Positions 17,377 through 27,275 of a stretch of DNA of 51,285 nucleotides are shown piece by piece. A program made the position numbers and the translations under genes. This stretch comes from Bacteroidales bacterium (GTDB lineage: Bacteria > Bacteroidota > Bacteroidia > Bacteroidales > ML635J-15), in contig JAGCNN010000073.1 in NCBI GenBank assembly GCA_017645925.1, positions 1 through 51,285 on the forward strand. Direction: 5' to 3'. How positions within the stretch are numbered: position 1 is the first letter of the stretch; every line of letters begins with the position of its first letter. The notes under the pieces are model-generated. The model had not been told where the DNA came from. It made no database searches and saw nothing but the letters and a program-made list of their open reading frames with translations.

Positions 17377-18435
17377 ATGGGCTTTCTAATTGCAATTATC
17401 GTCCTCGCCATTATCTTCGACTTCATAAACGGCTTCCACGATGCCGCCAACTCAATAGCAACCGTAGTTTCGACAAGAGTGCTCTCCCCTACCCAAGCGG
17501 TAATATGGTCGGCATTCTTCAATTTCGTTGCTTTCTTCATTGCCGAATACATATTAGGATTCAACATTGCCAACACCGTTCAAAAAACAGTCGAGGAAGC
17601 ATCTGTTACAATGCCATTGCTGATAGCAGGACTTGTTGCGGCAATAACTTGGAGCCTTATAACTTGGTGGAAAGGAATCCCATCCAGTTCATCTCACACG
17701 CTTATCGGCGGACTTACAGGCGCTGCAATAGCCGCAAAAGGCTGGGATGCTGTACATTGGTCAACAGTAGGATACATTGCACTATTCATATTCATAGCTC
17801 CGCTTATAGGATTCATTGCAGGCAACCTAATAACAATCCTCCTGTATTGGATAGCAAGAAAAGCCAAGCCGCACAAAGCCGACAAATGGTTCAAACGCCT
17901 ACAACTGCTTTCGTCAGCCTGCCTGAGCATAGGTCACGGGCTAAACGACTCGCAGAAGGAAATAGGTCTTATCGCCTGCGCAATGGTAGCCTACGGCTCA
18001 CAATACGGCTTCGACGGTCTTAGCGAATGGCTTCTACCCGACACCGTAACAAATCCAGATGCTACAGCAAACCTAACAGGCGCACCAAGCTGGATTCCAA
18101 TAGCATGTATAACTGCAATTGCAATAGGCACAATGTCTGGCGGATGGAAAATAATAAAGACTATGGGCAACAGAATCACCAAGATAACACCTGTAGAAGG
18201 ATTCTGCTCACAGACTGCCGGAGCAATAACGCTTTTCATAACACAGCACCTTGGCGTTCCTGTAAGCACAACGCACGTAATTTCGGGAAGCATCATGGGC
18301 GTTGGTTCTACCAAACGACTTTCGGCTGTGCGCTGGGGCGTTACCATCGAACTTATAGTAGCATGGGTAATCACAATACCTATCAGCGCCGCTATCGGTA
18401 TGCTCACCTACTACCTGATGGCATTGTTCATGTAA
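17377..18435 (+). CDS. Inorganic phosphate transporter, PiT family
   Basis: 352 aa, polytopic. The signature GFHDAANSIATVVST is repeated as GLNDSQKEIG. Confidence 0.9.
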   Translation: MGFLIAIIVLAIIFDFINGFHDAANSIATVVSTRVLSPTQAVIWSAFFNFVAFFIAEYILGFNIANTVQKTVEEASVTMPLLIAGLVAAITWSLITWWKGIPSSSSHTLIGGLTGAAIAAKGWDAVHWSTVGYIALFIFIAPLIGFIAGNLITILLYWIARKAKPHKADKWFKRLQLLSSACLSIGHGLNDSQKEIGLIACAMVAYGSQYGFDGLSEWLLPDTVTNPDATANLTGAPSWIPIACITAIAIGTMSGGWKIIKTMGNRITKITPVEGFCSQTAGAITLFITQHLGVPVSTTHVISGSIMGVGSTKRLSAVRWGVTIELIVAWVITIPISAAIGMLTYYLMALFM

Positions 18436-18624
18436 ACGTCAAAAAAACTCCGCTAAAAGTTTGTGAAATCATAGTAAAGAACGTAATATCAGTTTATTAT
18501 AAGAGCAACCTCGGAGAGGTTACATATATATAGAATAACGTATGTATTAGACGGCGCTGGCGCATGTTTTTGCAGCATAGCAATGCAAAAACTGTGACAG
18601 CGCATATTTTATGCGGACAGTAGT

Positions 18625-18662
18625 AAAAAAAATAGTAGTGCTGCAAAAAACAACACTACTAT
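18625..18662 (-). terminator. Rho-independent terminator of metG
   Basis: 9-bp stem atagtagtg/cactactat (18632-18640 / 18654-18662) followed on the minus strand by a run of 7-8 U. It lies 25 nt past the metG stop. Confidence 0.75.
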
Positions 18663-18686
18663 GTGAACTATGAAAAAAACAAAAAA

Positions 18687-20726
18687 CTATCCTACCCGAA
18701 CTCCGCATTTTACCAAGTCTCTCGGTTGCAAAAGAACCAAACGACCATCGGCATCCTCGGCAGAGAGAATCATACCTTCCGAAACAACGCCCTTCAACTT
18801 GCGCGGTTCAAAGTTGGCAATGAAGCAAACCTGAGTACCAACAAGCTTTTCTGGTTCGGTGTAGTATTTTGCAATACCGCTGACAATAGTCCTTCCACCC
18901 ATGCCATCGTCAATCTTGAACTGCAACAGCTTGTCAGCCTTCGGAACCTTGAAGCATTCAAGCACTGTACCAACGCGAATGTCAACCTTCATGAAATCGT
19001 CGAAAGCAACATTTTCCTTAACAGGCTGCGGCTTGTAGTTGTTCTTTTCGTTCTCAATCTTGATGTTTTCAAGGCGTTGCAACTGAGCATCAATAGCAGC
19101 ATCCTCAATGCGTTCAAACAATAGTTCTGCTTCGCCAATCTTGTGTCCTACAGGAATCAAGTCAACCTTTGTCGTGCTTTCCCAGTCGGGACGCTCAAAA
19201 TTCAGCATCTTGAACAACTTGGCACTTGTGAACGGCAAAAATGGCTCAGCCAAAGTAGCCGACAATGCGCACAACTGAAGCGAATAGTACAATATGGTGC
19301 GTGTGCGTGCCTCGTCTGTCTTGATAAGTTTCCACGGCTCTGTGTCGGCCAAGTATTTGTTACCCAGACGGCTTACTGCCATTGCATCCTTCAAAGCCTC
19401 ACGGAACTTGTAGTTTTCAATGTTGTTTTCAAGGCTTTCCTTGATGCGAGCTATTTCGGCACGAATTTCCTTTTCGTAGTCGGTATCCTCAGCCGGTTGC
19501 GGAACATTTCCACCGAAATACTTATGTGTCAACACTACAGCACGGTTAATGAAATTACCCATAATGGCAACGAGTTCGCTGTTGTTCTTTGTCTGGAAAT
19601 CCTTCCATGAGAAATCGTTGTCCTTGGTTTCGGGAGCATTGGCTGTGAGAACATATCTCAAAACATCCTGCTTTCCTTCGAAGTCGCGCAGATATTCGTG
19701 CAGCCATACAGCCCAGTTGCGCGATGTGCTGATTTTGTTGCCTTCAAGGTTAAGGAATTCGTTTGCAGGAACATTGTCGGGCAAAATGTAGGAGCCTTCG
19801 TGACGCAACATCGACGGGAAAATTATGCAATGGAACACAATGTTGTCCTTACCTATGAAATGTACCAGCTTGGTGTCCTTGTCCTTCCACCACTTTTCCC
19901 AGTCGTTGGGATACAACATCTTGGTATTTGAAATGTAGCCGATCGGAGCATCGAACCACACATACAGAACCTTGTCCTTGCCTTCCTCAAGCGGAACTTT
20001 TACGCCCCAGTTCAAATCGCGGGTAACGGCGCGCGGGAACAATCCCGAATCCAACCACGACTTGCATTGACCGTAAACATTTGGCTTCCATTCCTTATGC
20101 TCTTCAAGAATCCAATGGCGAAGTTCTTCCTCGTACTTGTCAAGTGGAAGATACCAGTGCTTGGTTTCCTTCATTACGGGAGCATTTCCGCTAATCATCG
20201 AGCGCGGATTTATCAGTTCGGTAGGACTAAGCGACGAACCGCACTTTTCGCACTGGTCGCCGTAAGCATCTTCGGCTCCGCACTTTGGGCAAGTTCCCAT
20301 AATGTAGCGGTCAGCAAGAAACTGCTGTTCCTGCTCATCATAAAACTGCATTGATGTCTTTTCTACGAATTCGCCTTTATTGTAAAGCGAAAGGAAGAAC
20401 TCTGAAGCCGTCTTGTGGTGTATTTCGGCACTAGTACGACCATAAATGTCGAACGAAATGCCAAATTCTTCAAACGATTCCTTAATTATTTTATGGTATC
20501 TATCCACAATGTCCTGCGGAGTTACGCCTTCCTTGCGAGCCTTGAGCGTTACGGGGACGCCGTGTTCATCTGAGCCGCCGATAAAGAGCACATCGCGATG
20601 TTTCAGGCGGTTGTAGCGAGCATAAATATCAGCAGGCACATAAACGCCAGCCAGATGTCCAATATGAACCGGTCCGTTTGCATACGGCAAAGCGGAAGTT
20701 ATGGTTATTCTCTTGTAATCTTTCAT
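18687..20726 (-). CDS. metG: Methionine--tRNA ligase
   Basis: 679 aa with the HIGHL motif, a KISTS (KMSKS-type) motif, CPKCG/CEKCG zinc knuckles and a C-terminal tRNA-binding domain. Confidence 0.95.
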   Translation of the reverse strand: MKDYKRITITSALPYANGPVHIGHLAGVYVPADIYARYNRLKHRDVLFIGGSDEHGVPVTLKARKEGVTPQDIVDRYHKIIKESFEEFGISFDIYGRTSAEIHHKTASEFFLSLYNKGEFVEKTSMQFYDEQEQQFLADRYIMGTCPKCGAEDAYGDQCEKCGSSLSPTELINPRSMISGNAPVMKETKHWYLPLDKYEEELRHWILEEHKEWKPNVYGQCKSWLDSGLFPRAVTRDLNWGVKVPLEEGKDKVLYVWFDAPIGYISNTKMLYPNDWEKWWKDKDTKLVHFIGKDNIVFHCIIFPSMLRHEGSYILPDNVPANEFLNLEGNKISTSRNWAVWLHEYLRDFEGKQDVLRYVLTANAPETKDNDFSWKDFQTKNNSELVAIMGNFINRAVVLTHKYFGGNVPQPAEDTDYEKEIRAEIARIKESLENNIENYKFREALKDAMAVSRLGNKYLADTEPWKLIKTDEARTRTILYYSLQLCALSATLAEPFLPFTSAKLFKMLNFERPDWESTTKVDLIPVGHKIGEAELLFERIEDAAIDAQLQRLENIKIENEKNNYKPQPVKENVAFDDFMKVDIRVGTVLECFKVPKADKLLQFKIDDGMGGRTIVSGIAKYYTEPEKLVGTQVCFIANFEPRKLKGVVSEGMILSAEDADGRLVLLQPRDLVKCGVRVG

Positions 20727-20743
20727 TTTCGGAAAATTTTGTG

Positions 20744-20751
20744 CAAAATTA
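20744..20751 (-). promoter_or_regulatory. -7 box TAATTTTG(C) for metG
   Basis: Exact match, 18 nt upstream of ATG 20726. Confidence 0.5.
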
Positions 20752-20867
20752 CAACTTATTTGTGAGTTTGAGATTTATACAGCGTGTATTTTTTCAACAA
20801 GGAATAAGTATCAAAAAAATCTTCAAAAAAATTACCTCACAATATTCATATTGTTCAAAAATAAATT

Positions 20868-20875
20868 TAACTTTG
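20868..20875 (+). promoter_or_regulatory. -7 box TAACTTTG(C) for the lipoprotein pair
   Basis: Exact match, 23 nt upstream of ATG 20898. Confidence 0.5.
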
Positions 20876-20897
20876 CATTTTGTTCTATATGTTTAAT

Positions 20898-21263
20898 ATG
20901 ATGAAGAAAATTCCTTTGTTCTTAGCAGTTGCCCTCACGGTAGTGTTGTGGTCGTGCGCAACTACGCCAGCCGACAATGCCGAAAAGGTTGTAAATGCCG
21001 TAAACAAATATTGCGACAACGTTGAAAAAGCCATCGCCGATGACGTGATAGATGACGACGATGTTGAACTAATCAAGAAATCGGAAAAATCCTACATGGA
21101 TTTAATTGCTGAAATAACAGAAAGTTATGCAGGTAATGCAAACGACCGTGCTGAGTTTGAACAGCAATACACCTCTGATGCCGTTTGGGTAAGAATGGCT
21201 GACGTAACCATAAAGCTCGCAAATACTGAAGGATATGCAAAATTAAGTCTAACAAATAAATAA
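20898..21263 (+). CDS. Small helical lipoprotein, paralog 1
   Basis: MMKKIPLFLAVALTVVLWSC lipobox. It shares an AIAD-x-I-D-acidic motif and a GYAK/GYDK C-terminus with the next ORF. Confidence 0.7.
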   Translation: MMKKIPLFLAVALTVVLWSCATTPADNAEKVVNAVNKYCDNVEKAIADDVIDDDDVELIKKSEKSYMDLIAEITESYAGNANDRAEFEQQYTSDAVWVRMADVTIKLANTEGYAKLSLTNK

Positions 21264-21271
21264 TTACAAAT

Positions 21272-21676
21272 ATGAAAAAATTAGTATTTTTAACAATTTT
21301 GACAGCTCTTGCAATGTGCCTTTACAGCTGCAAGGAAGAACCAAAGGAAAATAACGAACCAAAGGAAGAATGCGCTAAAGAGATTTGCCCTGTACATGAT
21401 GCAGTAACAATCTTGGAAACAAAGAATTCGATAGCAAACCTTATCAAGGATGCAATCGCCGACAATGAAATCACCGACGAGGAAGCAACCAAGATAAACG
21501 ATGCATTCTGCGAGTATCAAAGCATTGATGCTGAAATCAAAACCAAGTATCAGGACAAGAAGGATGCTCAAACTGAACTTTTCGCTATCCTAAATGCAGC
21601 CGACAACTACAACAAGTCAATGAAACTTGCAACCGAAGCCAATGGCTACGACAAGATTGGTTCAAAGGTAAAATAA
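21272..21676 (+). CDS. Small helical lipoprotein, paralog 2
   Basis: MKKLVFLTILTALAMCLYSC lipobox followed by KEEPKE. It starts 8 nt after paralog 1. Confidence 0.7.
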   Translation: MKKLVFLTILTALAMCLYSCKEEPKENNEPKEECAKEICPVHDAVTILETKNSIANLIKDAIADNEITDEEATKINDAFCEYQSIDAEIKTKYQDKKDAQTELFAILNAADNYNKSMKLATEANGYDKIGSKVK

Positions 21677-21701
21677 TCCATTATCATTGATTGTAAACAC
21701 A

Positions 21702-21737
21702 AACAAGAGGCTGGAAAATCTAGCCTCTTGTTTTTTG
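21702..21737 (+). terminator. Rho-independent terminator
   Basis: 11-bp stem aacaagaggct/agcctcttgtt, a 9-nt loop, then a T-run. Confidence 0.8.
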
Positions 21738-21899
21738 TTAGCATCAATTGCAATATTACCTATGGACAACGGAAAAAGTGAGAGAAGATTTATTTTGGCA
21801 ATGTATAAAACGGAATTTCTCGAAGATGGATTTCCTTTTTTTACTCATCGCTGAAAGCGATACCTTGATTGCCGCCTCGGCTGGTGAGCGTTAAGAAAA

Positions 21900-22135
21900 T
21901 CGGCGGAACGAAGCGTAAAAAGTCAGACTGTTTGAAGTCGGAGTGAAACGCAGACAAGTTTCTGACTTTTAGCATAGTGTAGCTGATTTTTAGCGAAGCA
22001 GACGCAGCGGACACACTTTTTTGTTTACTTTTTTTGGTGACAAAAAAAGTAAATGCCCCCGCGGCATGAGCGGAATGTTAAAGTTGATATTTATTTCTAT
22101 TTATGTTTGATAGGATGTTCTTATCGCATACCTAC
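21900..22135 (+). repeat. Weak third (divergent) copy of the 1-268 / 4379-4670 element
   Basis: Same order of short anchors: gaacgaag, agcgaagca (21992-22000), agtaaatg (22048-22055) followed by a C-run, tgata..tgtt, and ttatcg. It is interrupted by extra hairpins. Confidence 0.35.
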
Positions 22136-22221
22136 ACCCGATATATCGGCTGACTCTTTTTTATTTTTATTTCAGCATAAAAAAAACATAAAAAATAGTC
22201 TTATTTTCAAATAAAAAGCAT

Positions 22222-22229
22222 TATCTTTA
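22222..22229 (+). promoter_or_regulatory. Near-consensus -7 box TATCTTTA for the giant T9SS gene
   Basis: One mismatch to TAnnTTTG, 28 nt upstream of ATG 22257. An exact TATGTTTG lies further upstream at 22102-22109. Confidence 0.3.
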
Positions 22230-22256
22230 ACCGATTTTTTGCAGAGGCTGTTTTTG

Positions 22257-25200
22257 ATGAAACAAATATACCTAATAATAATTGTATTTCTTGCAATGGT
22301 GTTGTTGAACAATCCCATGTTCGCACAATACGAATTCATTGAAAACAAGGGACAATGGCACGAAAACGTCAATTTCAAGATGGAGCTAAACGATGGTGCG
22401 CTTTTCATCGAGGACAACGGCTTCACATTCAACATTACAGATATTAAGATGGGACACCACTCCCACGCACACGATGAATATGAATGGCACGACGAAAATG
22501 CTGCCGGTCGCGGACATGCATACAAAGTTGCTTTCAGAAATTCAAAAAAGCCACTTAAGATTTCAAGTTCGGATGCAACAAGCGACTACTGCAACTATTT
22601 CATTGGCAGCGACGAGTCAAAATGGGCTTCGCATGTAATAAAATTCCGAAAGGTAGAATATACAGGCATATACAACAACATCGACATACGCTACTCCTCC
22701 GACAGTCGCGGCATGAAGTACGACTTCATAGTGCATCCGGGAGGCAACTACAAGGACATACAGCTTGAATACATTGGTACAGACGGAATTGAAATATCAG
22801 AAGGCGTACTGATTGCCCATACTACAATACGCGACATAATGGAATATACGCCAAAGGTTTACCAGATTATCAATGGCGACACGATAAACATCAGCTGCGA
22901 ATACATATTGCATAAGAACATTGTAGGATACAAGATTTCAGAAAGTTACGACAAAAACTACGACCTTGTAATTGACCCGTCACTGGTATTCTCGACCTAC
23001 ACTGGTTCCACTGGCGACAACTGGGGTTTTACCGCCACCTTCGACTACAACGACAATGTCTTTTCGGGCGGAATCGTATTTTCAACAGGCTACCCTACTT
23101 CCACGGGTGCATATCAGGTAACATACGCAGGCGGAACTCCGTGGGCTGACAACGCCACAAGCTACCTTGAAGGCTGCGACATCGGTATAATCAAATACAA
23201 CTCAAACGGCACAAGCCGCATATACGCAACCTACCTCGGCGGACACAACGGACAGGAAATGCCTCACAGCCTCGTCGCCACCGAAAGCAACCAGCTAGTA
23301 ATAATGGGCACCACTGGTTCGCCAGACTTCCCTACAACAGCAAATGTCTACGACCGCACTTTCAACGGTGGTACAAGCGTAACCTACGACAACGTTATCG
23401 GATTCCACAACGGAGTTGACATTTTCGTGTCAAAACTATCAGAAGACGGTTCGCAACTTATGGGAAGCACCTACATCGGCGGCACTGGCAACGACGGACT
23501 TAACTTCAAAGCATCTTACACCCTTCCCGACCCCAATACAGGCATTAACTACGTAGAAATGCACGGCAACGACTCGCTCTACTACAACTATGGCGATGGT
23601 GCTCGCGGTGAAGTTGTTGTAAACAGCAAATCATACATTTACGTTGGAACAAATACCTTCTCGTCCGATTTCCCAACAGGAATAAACGAGGGCTTTCAGC
23701 CAACTCACGGCGGCGGTCAGGATGGTGTTGTATTCGCTCTCAGCCCCGACCTTTCGCAACTTGCATGGAGTTCGTACATTGGTGGTTCTCAAGATGATGC
23801 AATATTCAGCGTATCACTTGACATTGATGAAAATGTATTCGTAACAGGCGGAACGACATCCCCAAACTTCCCGACTACCGCAAATGCCTACAACCAGACA
23901 TACAATGGCGGTAGCACCGATGCTTTTGTGGCAAAAGTCGCCCACAACGGAACATTCCTGCTTACCTCGACTTTCTTCGGTTCGCCTGCTTACGACAACG
24001 CCTACTTTGTTCGCACCGACCGCAACAACAAAGTATATATATGCGGACAAACTAAATGCGGAGGAACGGTATTGGTTCAGAATGCAGAATACTATGTGGC
24101 AAATAGCGGTCAGTTTATCACAAAATTCAACAACGACCTTACCAATGTTGAATGGTCAACCCAATTTGGAACAAACACTGGCAAGCCAAATATTTCGATA
24201 ACAGCCTTTGCAGTAGATGTTTGCAACAGGGTTTACCTCTCGGGATGGGGCCGCGAATGGCCGTTCAACTACTACGATGCACAAGCACACTACTATACAT
24301 GGGACCAAGAATTCGGGACAAAGAACATGCAGGTAACAGCAGACGCAATCCAAGACACCACAGACGGAATGGACTTCTATGTGCTTGTACTTAACGAAGA
24401 CGTAAGCGCACTTGAATACGCAACTTTCTTCGGTGAACTGCGATATACAAGCTGTAGCGCATCAGGTCGCGACCACGTTGACGGTGGCACAAGCCGTTTC
24501 GACAAGAAAGGACATATAATCCAGTCGGTATGTGCAAGTTGCGGCGGCTGCCAGATGTTTCCGGCAAGTCCTTCTGATGTATGGTCAACCACAAACAACT
24601 CAACAAACTGCAACAATGCCGTATTCAAGATTAGGATAATAGAAAACCTTGCCGAAGCCAACTTCAACCCTGTGCCTGTAGGCTGCGCACCATATAACGT
24701 GCAGTTTGAAAACACTTCGCAGGGAACATCTTTTCTTTGGAATTTTGGAGATGGGACAACATCAACACAAACAAATCCATCACATACCTACACCAATGGC
24801 GGCACATATACTGTAATGCTAATAGCCAACGACCCAGCCAGTTGCAACCGCACCGACACTATAAGGAGATTCGTTACCGTAGTTTCACCAAGCCCATCCA
24901 CCCTCGATGACATCACAGGCTGCCCAAACGAAAGCGTTATCATAGGTCCCGAAACCGACTATCCGGAAGGCACAACATTCGAATGGATACAAGGAAACGG
25001 AATTAGCAACCCATACGTGCAAAATCCAAGTGTTTCGCCAACACAGACATCAACATACACGCTTGTTGCTCAAGGCATTTGCAACGATACAGTAACACAA
25101 ACCGTCAATGTCATAATCCCCGATGTGGGACTTACAACCTCAAACGACACGACAATATGCCCCGGCGGAACTGCAACCCTGCAAGTTTTCCCGACGGGAA

Positions 25201-27272
25201 ATGCAGTCGCTTGGGAATGGTCTGTTGACCCTAACTTCTCATCAATAATCTCAACAGAACAAACAATTGACGTTTCGCCCGAAAACAGCCTCACCTATTA
25301 TGTAAGAGTTCGTGAATCGGAATGCAACACCTACGCAACAGGTCAAGTTAGGGTTACGATACACAGATTCTACTACAGCCTCACACCTTCGCACATCATC
25401 TGCCCGAATGCACAAGTGCAACTTACCGTAACCAACAATAGCACCGACCAACTATCCTACCAATGGCAAGGTGCAGGAATTATTAGCGGCGGAAATACCA
25501 ATTCACCAACTGTAAGTCCAACATCAGCAACTACATACACAGTTACAATTACCAACCAGATGGGCTGTACAACCACCGACCAAGTTGAGGTAACAATAGA
25601 CAACATAAGCTGCAGCATAGGTTCTACAACAAACAACATTTGCCACGGCTACTGCGAAGGAACGGCAGAAATAATCGCAAGCGGAATCGAACCATATTCC
25701 TATTCGTGGAGCAACGGACAAACAACAGAAACAGCAACTGAACTTTGCGCAGGAAACTATACCATAACCGTTACAGACGGAAATTCCTGCACAACGACAA
25801 ACTCGGTTACAATTTCCGAACCACCAGCCATAACGATTAACTTCACGAACATACAGGAACCAGTCTGCGATGGTGTTGGCTATGGCTCTGCAACAGCAAA
25901 TGTTTCGGGCGGAACTCCCGGATACACATACCAATGGGACATAAACGACTATACCACAGCCACAAACAACGAATGTCTGGTAGGTCTAAACACCATAACG
26001 GTTACAGACCACAATGGCTGTACGGCATCCAGTTCAATAGAAATGCCTGCACCCGGAACACTTACTTCACAGACCGAATCGATAACCCACGTTTCGTGCA
26101 ACGGATTCTGCGACGGTGCGATAAGCATTTCGGCAAGCAACGGCACACCACCATACACCTACAACTGGTCAAATGGTGAACATGGCACAGAAATTCACGG
26201 ACTTTGCGCAGGAAGATACGTAGTAACGGTAATTGATGCCGACAATTGTGTTTCACATCAGTTTGCATACATTACCGAACCTGAAGTTTTACAGACCTAC
26301 ATTCAGGAAACCAATCCAATACTCTGCTTTGGCGGCTTATCAACCATAAACTCAATTTCTTACGGCGGCACAATCCCCTACTCTTTCGTTTGGTCAACAG
26401 GTGAAACAACAAACACTCAAATAGAAGTTACCGCAGGAAACTATTCGATAACCGTAACCGACAACCACGGTTGCACGGCAGATGCTTATATTTCAGTATC
26501 ACAGCCAGAAGAACTGAAACTCACAAGCATACAGGAAAACCAGCTTTGCGACAACAATTGCAACGGAAAAATAGAAACCTCAGTCGCCGGTGGAATTAAT
26601 CCATACAGATACAGATGGTCGAACTCGGAAACAACAAGTTATATAGAAAACCTTTGTAGCAATGATTATTCATTGACTGTTACCGATGCAAATGGATGTC
26701 AACTACATGAAGAATATACAATTAGCAACTTAGGTTACATTCCAGAACTTGATGCAAGAATCAGTTCCAATGTAATATACCGAGGCGAAGATGTAAGACT
26801 TGCCGCAATAACCGAGACTGATGGCACATACGAATGGGACAACGGAAAAATACTTGACAACAACAGAGCAGCCTCTCCGTTGGCACACCCAACAGAAAAC
26901 ACGCTTTTCACAGTAGAGTTCCACGATGGCAACAACTGCATTGCAATTGACACAGTATCGGTGATTGTCAAGGAAGTAATCTGTGGAGATCCCTACATAT
27001 TCGTTCCTAATGCCTTTACGCCAAATGGCGATGGCAACAACGACTTTTTCCGTCCATTCTACCCCGATGCCATTGTAACAGAACTATATTTCGCAGTTTA
27101 CGACCGCTGGGGCTCATTAGTTTACGAAACCGACAATATCCGCGCCGATGGATGGAACGGAACCTACAAAGGCAAGCAACTTGCTCCCGATGTTTATGTT
27201 TTCTGGCTGAAAGCCAAATGTATAAATGGCGAACAATACGAACATCGCGGCAATGTAACATTAATCAGATAA
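22257..27272 (+). CDS. Giant cell-surface protein: SBBP beta-propeller repeats, PKD domain, 5 SprB repeats, type-B T9SS C-terminal domain
   Basis: 1671 aa from ATG 22257 with a signal peptide MKQIYLIIIVFLAMVLLNNPMFAQ. PKD motif is NFGDGTTS...HTYTNGGTYTV. Five units of about 66 aa match C.G.C.G......GG..PY.Y.WSNG......LCAGNY..TVTD.NGC. The CTD motif is VPNAFTPNGDGNNDFF. Confidence 0.9.
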   Translation: MKQIYLIIIVFLAMVLLNNPMFAQYEFIENKGQWHENVNFKMELNDGALFIEDNGFTFNITDIKMGHHSHAHDEYEWHDENAAGRGHAYKVAFRNSKKPLKISSSDATSDYCNYFIGSDESKWASHVIKFRKVEYTGIYNNIDIRYSSDSRGMKYDFIVHPGGNYKDIQLEYIGTDGIEISEGVLIAHTTIRDIMEYTPKVYQIINGDTINISCEYILHKNIVGYKISESYDKNYDLVIDPSLVFSTYTGSTGDNWGFTATFDYNDNVFSGGIVFSTGYPTSTGAYQVTYAGGTPWADNATSYLEGCDIGIIKYNSNGTSRIYATYLGGHNGQEMPHSLVATESNQLVIMGTTGSPDFPTTANVYDRTFNGGTSVTYDNVIGFHNGVDIFVSKLSEDGSQLMGSTYIGGTGNDGLNFKASYTLPDPNTGINYVEMHGNDSLYYNYGDGARGEVVVNSKSYIYVGTNTFSSDFPTGINEGFQPTHGGGQDGVVFALSPDLSQLAWSSYIGGSQDDAIFSVSLDIDENVFVTGGTTSPNFPTTANAYNQTYNGGSTDAFVAKVAHNGTFLLTSTFFGSPAYDNAYFVRTDRNNKVYICGQTKCGGTVLVQNAEYYVANSGQFITKFNNDLTNVEWSTQFGTNTGKPNISITAFAVDVCNRVYLSGWGREWPFNYYDAQAHYYTWDQEFGTKNMQVTADAIQDTTDGMDFYVLVLNEDVSALEYATFFGELRYTSCSASGRDHVDGGTSRFDKKGHIIQSVCASCGGCQMFPASPSDVWSTTNNSTNCNNAVFKIRIIENLAEANFNPVPVGCAPYNVQFENTSQGTSFLWNFGDGTTSTQTNPSHTYTNGGTYTVMLIANDPASCNRTDTIRRFVTVVSPSPSTLDDITGCPNESVIIGPETDYPEGTTFEWIQGNGISNPYVQNPSVSPTQTSTYTLVAQGICNDTVTQTVNVIIPDVGLTTSNDTTICPGGTATLQVFPTGNAVAWEWSVDPNFSSIISTEQTIDVSPENSLTYYVRVRESECNTYATGQVRVTIHRFYYSLTPSHIICPNAQVQLTVTNNSTDQLSYQWQGAGIISGGNTNSPTVSPTSATTYTVTITNQMGCTTTDQVEVTIDNISCSIGSTTNNICHGYCEGTAEIIASGIEPYSYSWSNGQTTETATELCAGNYTITVTDGNSCTTTNSVTISEPPAITINFTNIQEPVCDGVGYGSATANVSGGTPGYTYQWDINDYTTATNNECLVGLNTITVTDHNGCTASSSIEMPAPGTLTSQTESITHVSCNGFCDGAISISASNGTPPYTYNWSNGEHGTEIHGLCAGRYVVTVIDADNCVSHQFAYITEPEVLQTYIQETNPILCFGGLSTINSISYGGTIPYSFVWSTGETTNTQIEVTAGNYSITVTDNHGCTADAYISVSQPEELKLTSIQENQLCDNNCNGKIETSVAGGINPYRYRWSNSETTSYIENLCSNDYSLTVTDANGCQLHEEYTISNLGYIPELDARISSNVIYRGEDVRLAAITETDGTYEWDNGKILDNNRAASPLAHPTENTLFTVEFHDGNNCIAIDTVSVIVKEVICGDPYIFVPNAFTPNGDGNNDFFRPFYPDAIVTELYFAVYDRWGSLVYETDNIRADGWNGTYKGKQLAPDVYVFWLKAKCINGEQYEHRGNVTLIR

Positions 27273-27275
27273 AAC

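Noticed and set aside
21772-21861. 29-aa ORF MDNGKSERRFILAMYKTEFLEDGFPFFTHR just after the terminator
   Set aside because: It has no promoter box and is too short to assess. It overlaps hairpin-forming sequence.
21738-22256. Invertible (phase-variable) promoter upstream of the giant surface protein
   Set aside because: I found no pair of 15-nt or longer inverted repeats flanking the candidate promoter at a 150-400-nt spacing. There is no recombinase gene nearby, and all inverted repeats seen are local hairpins.
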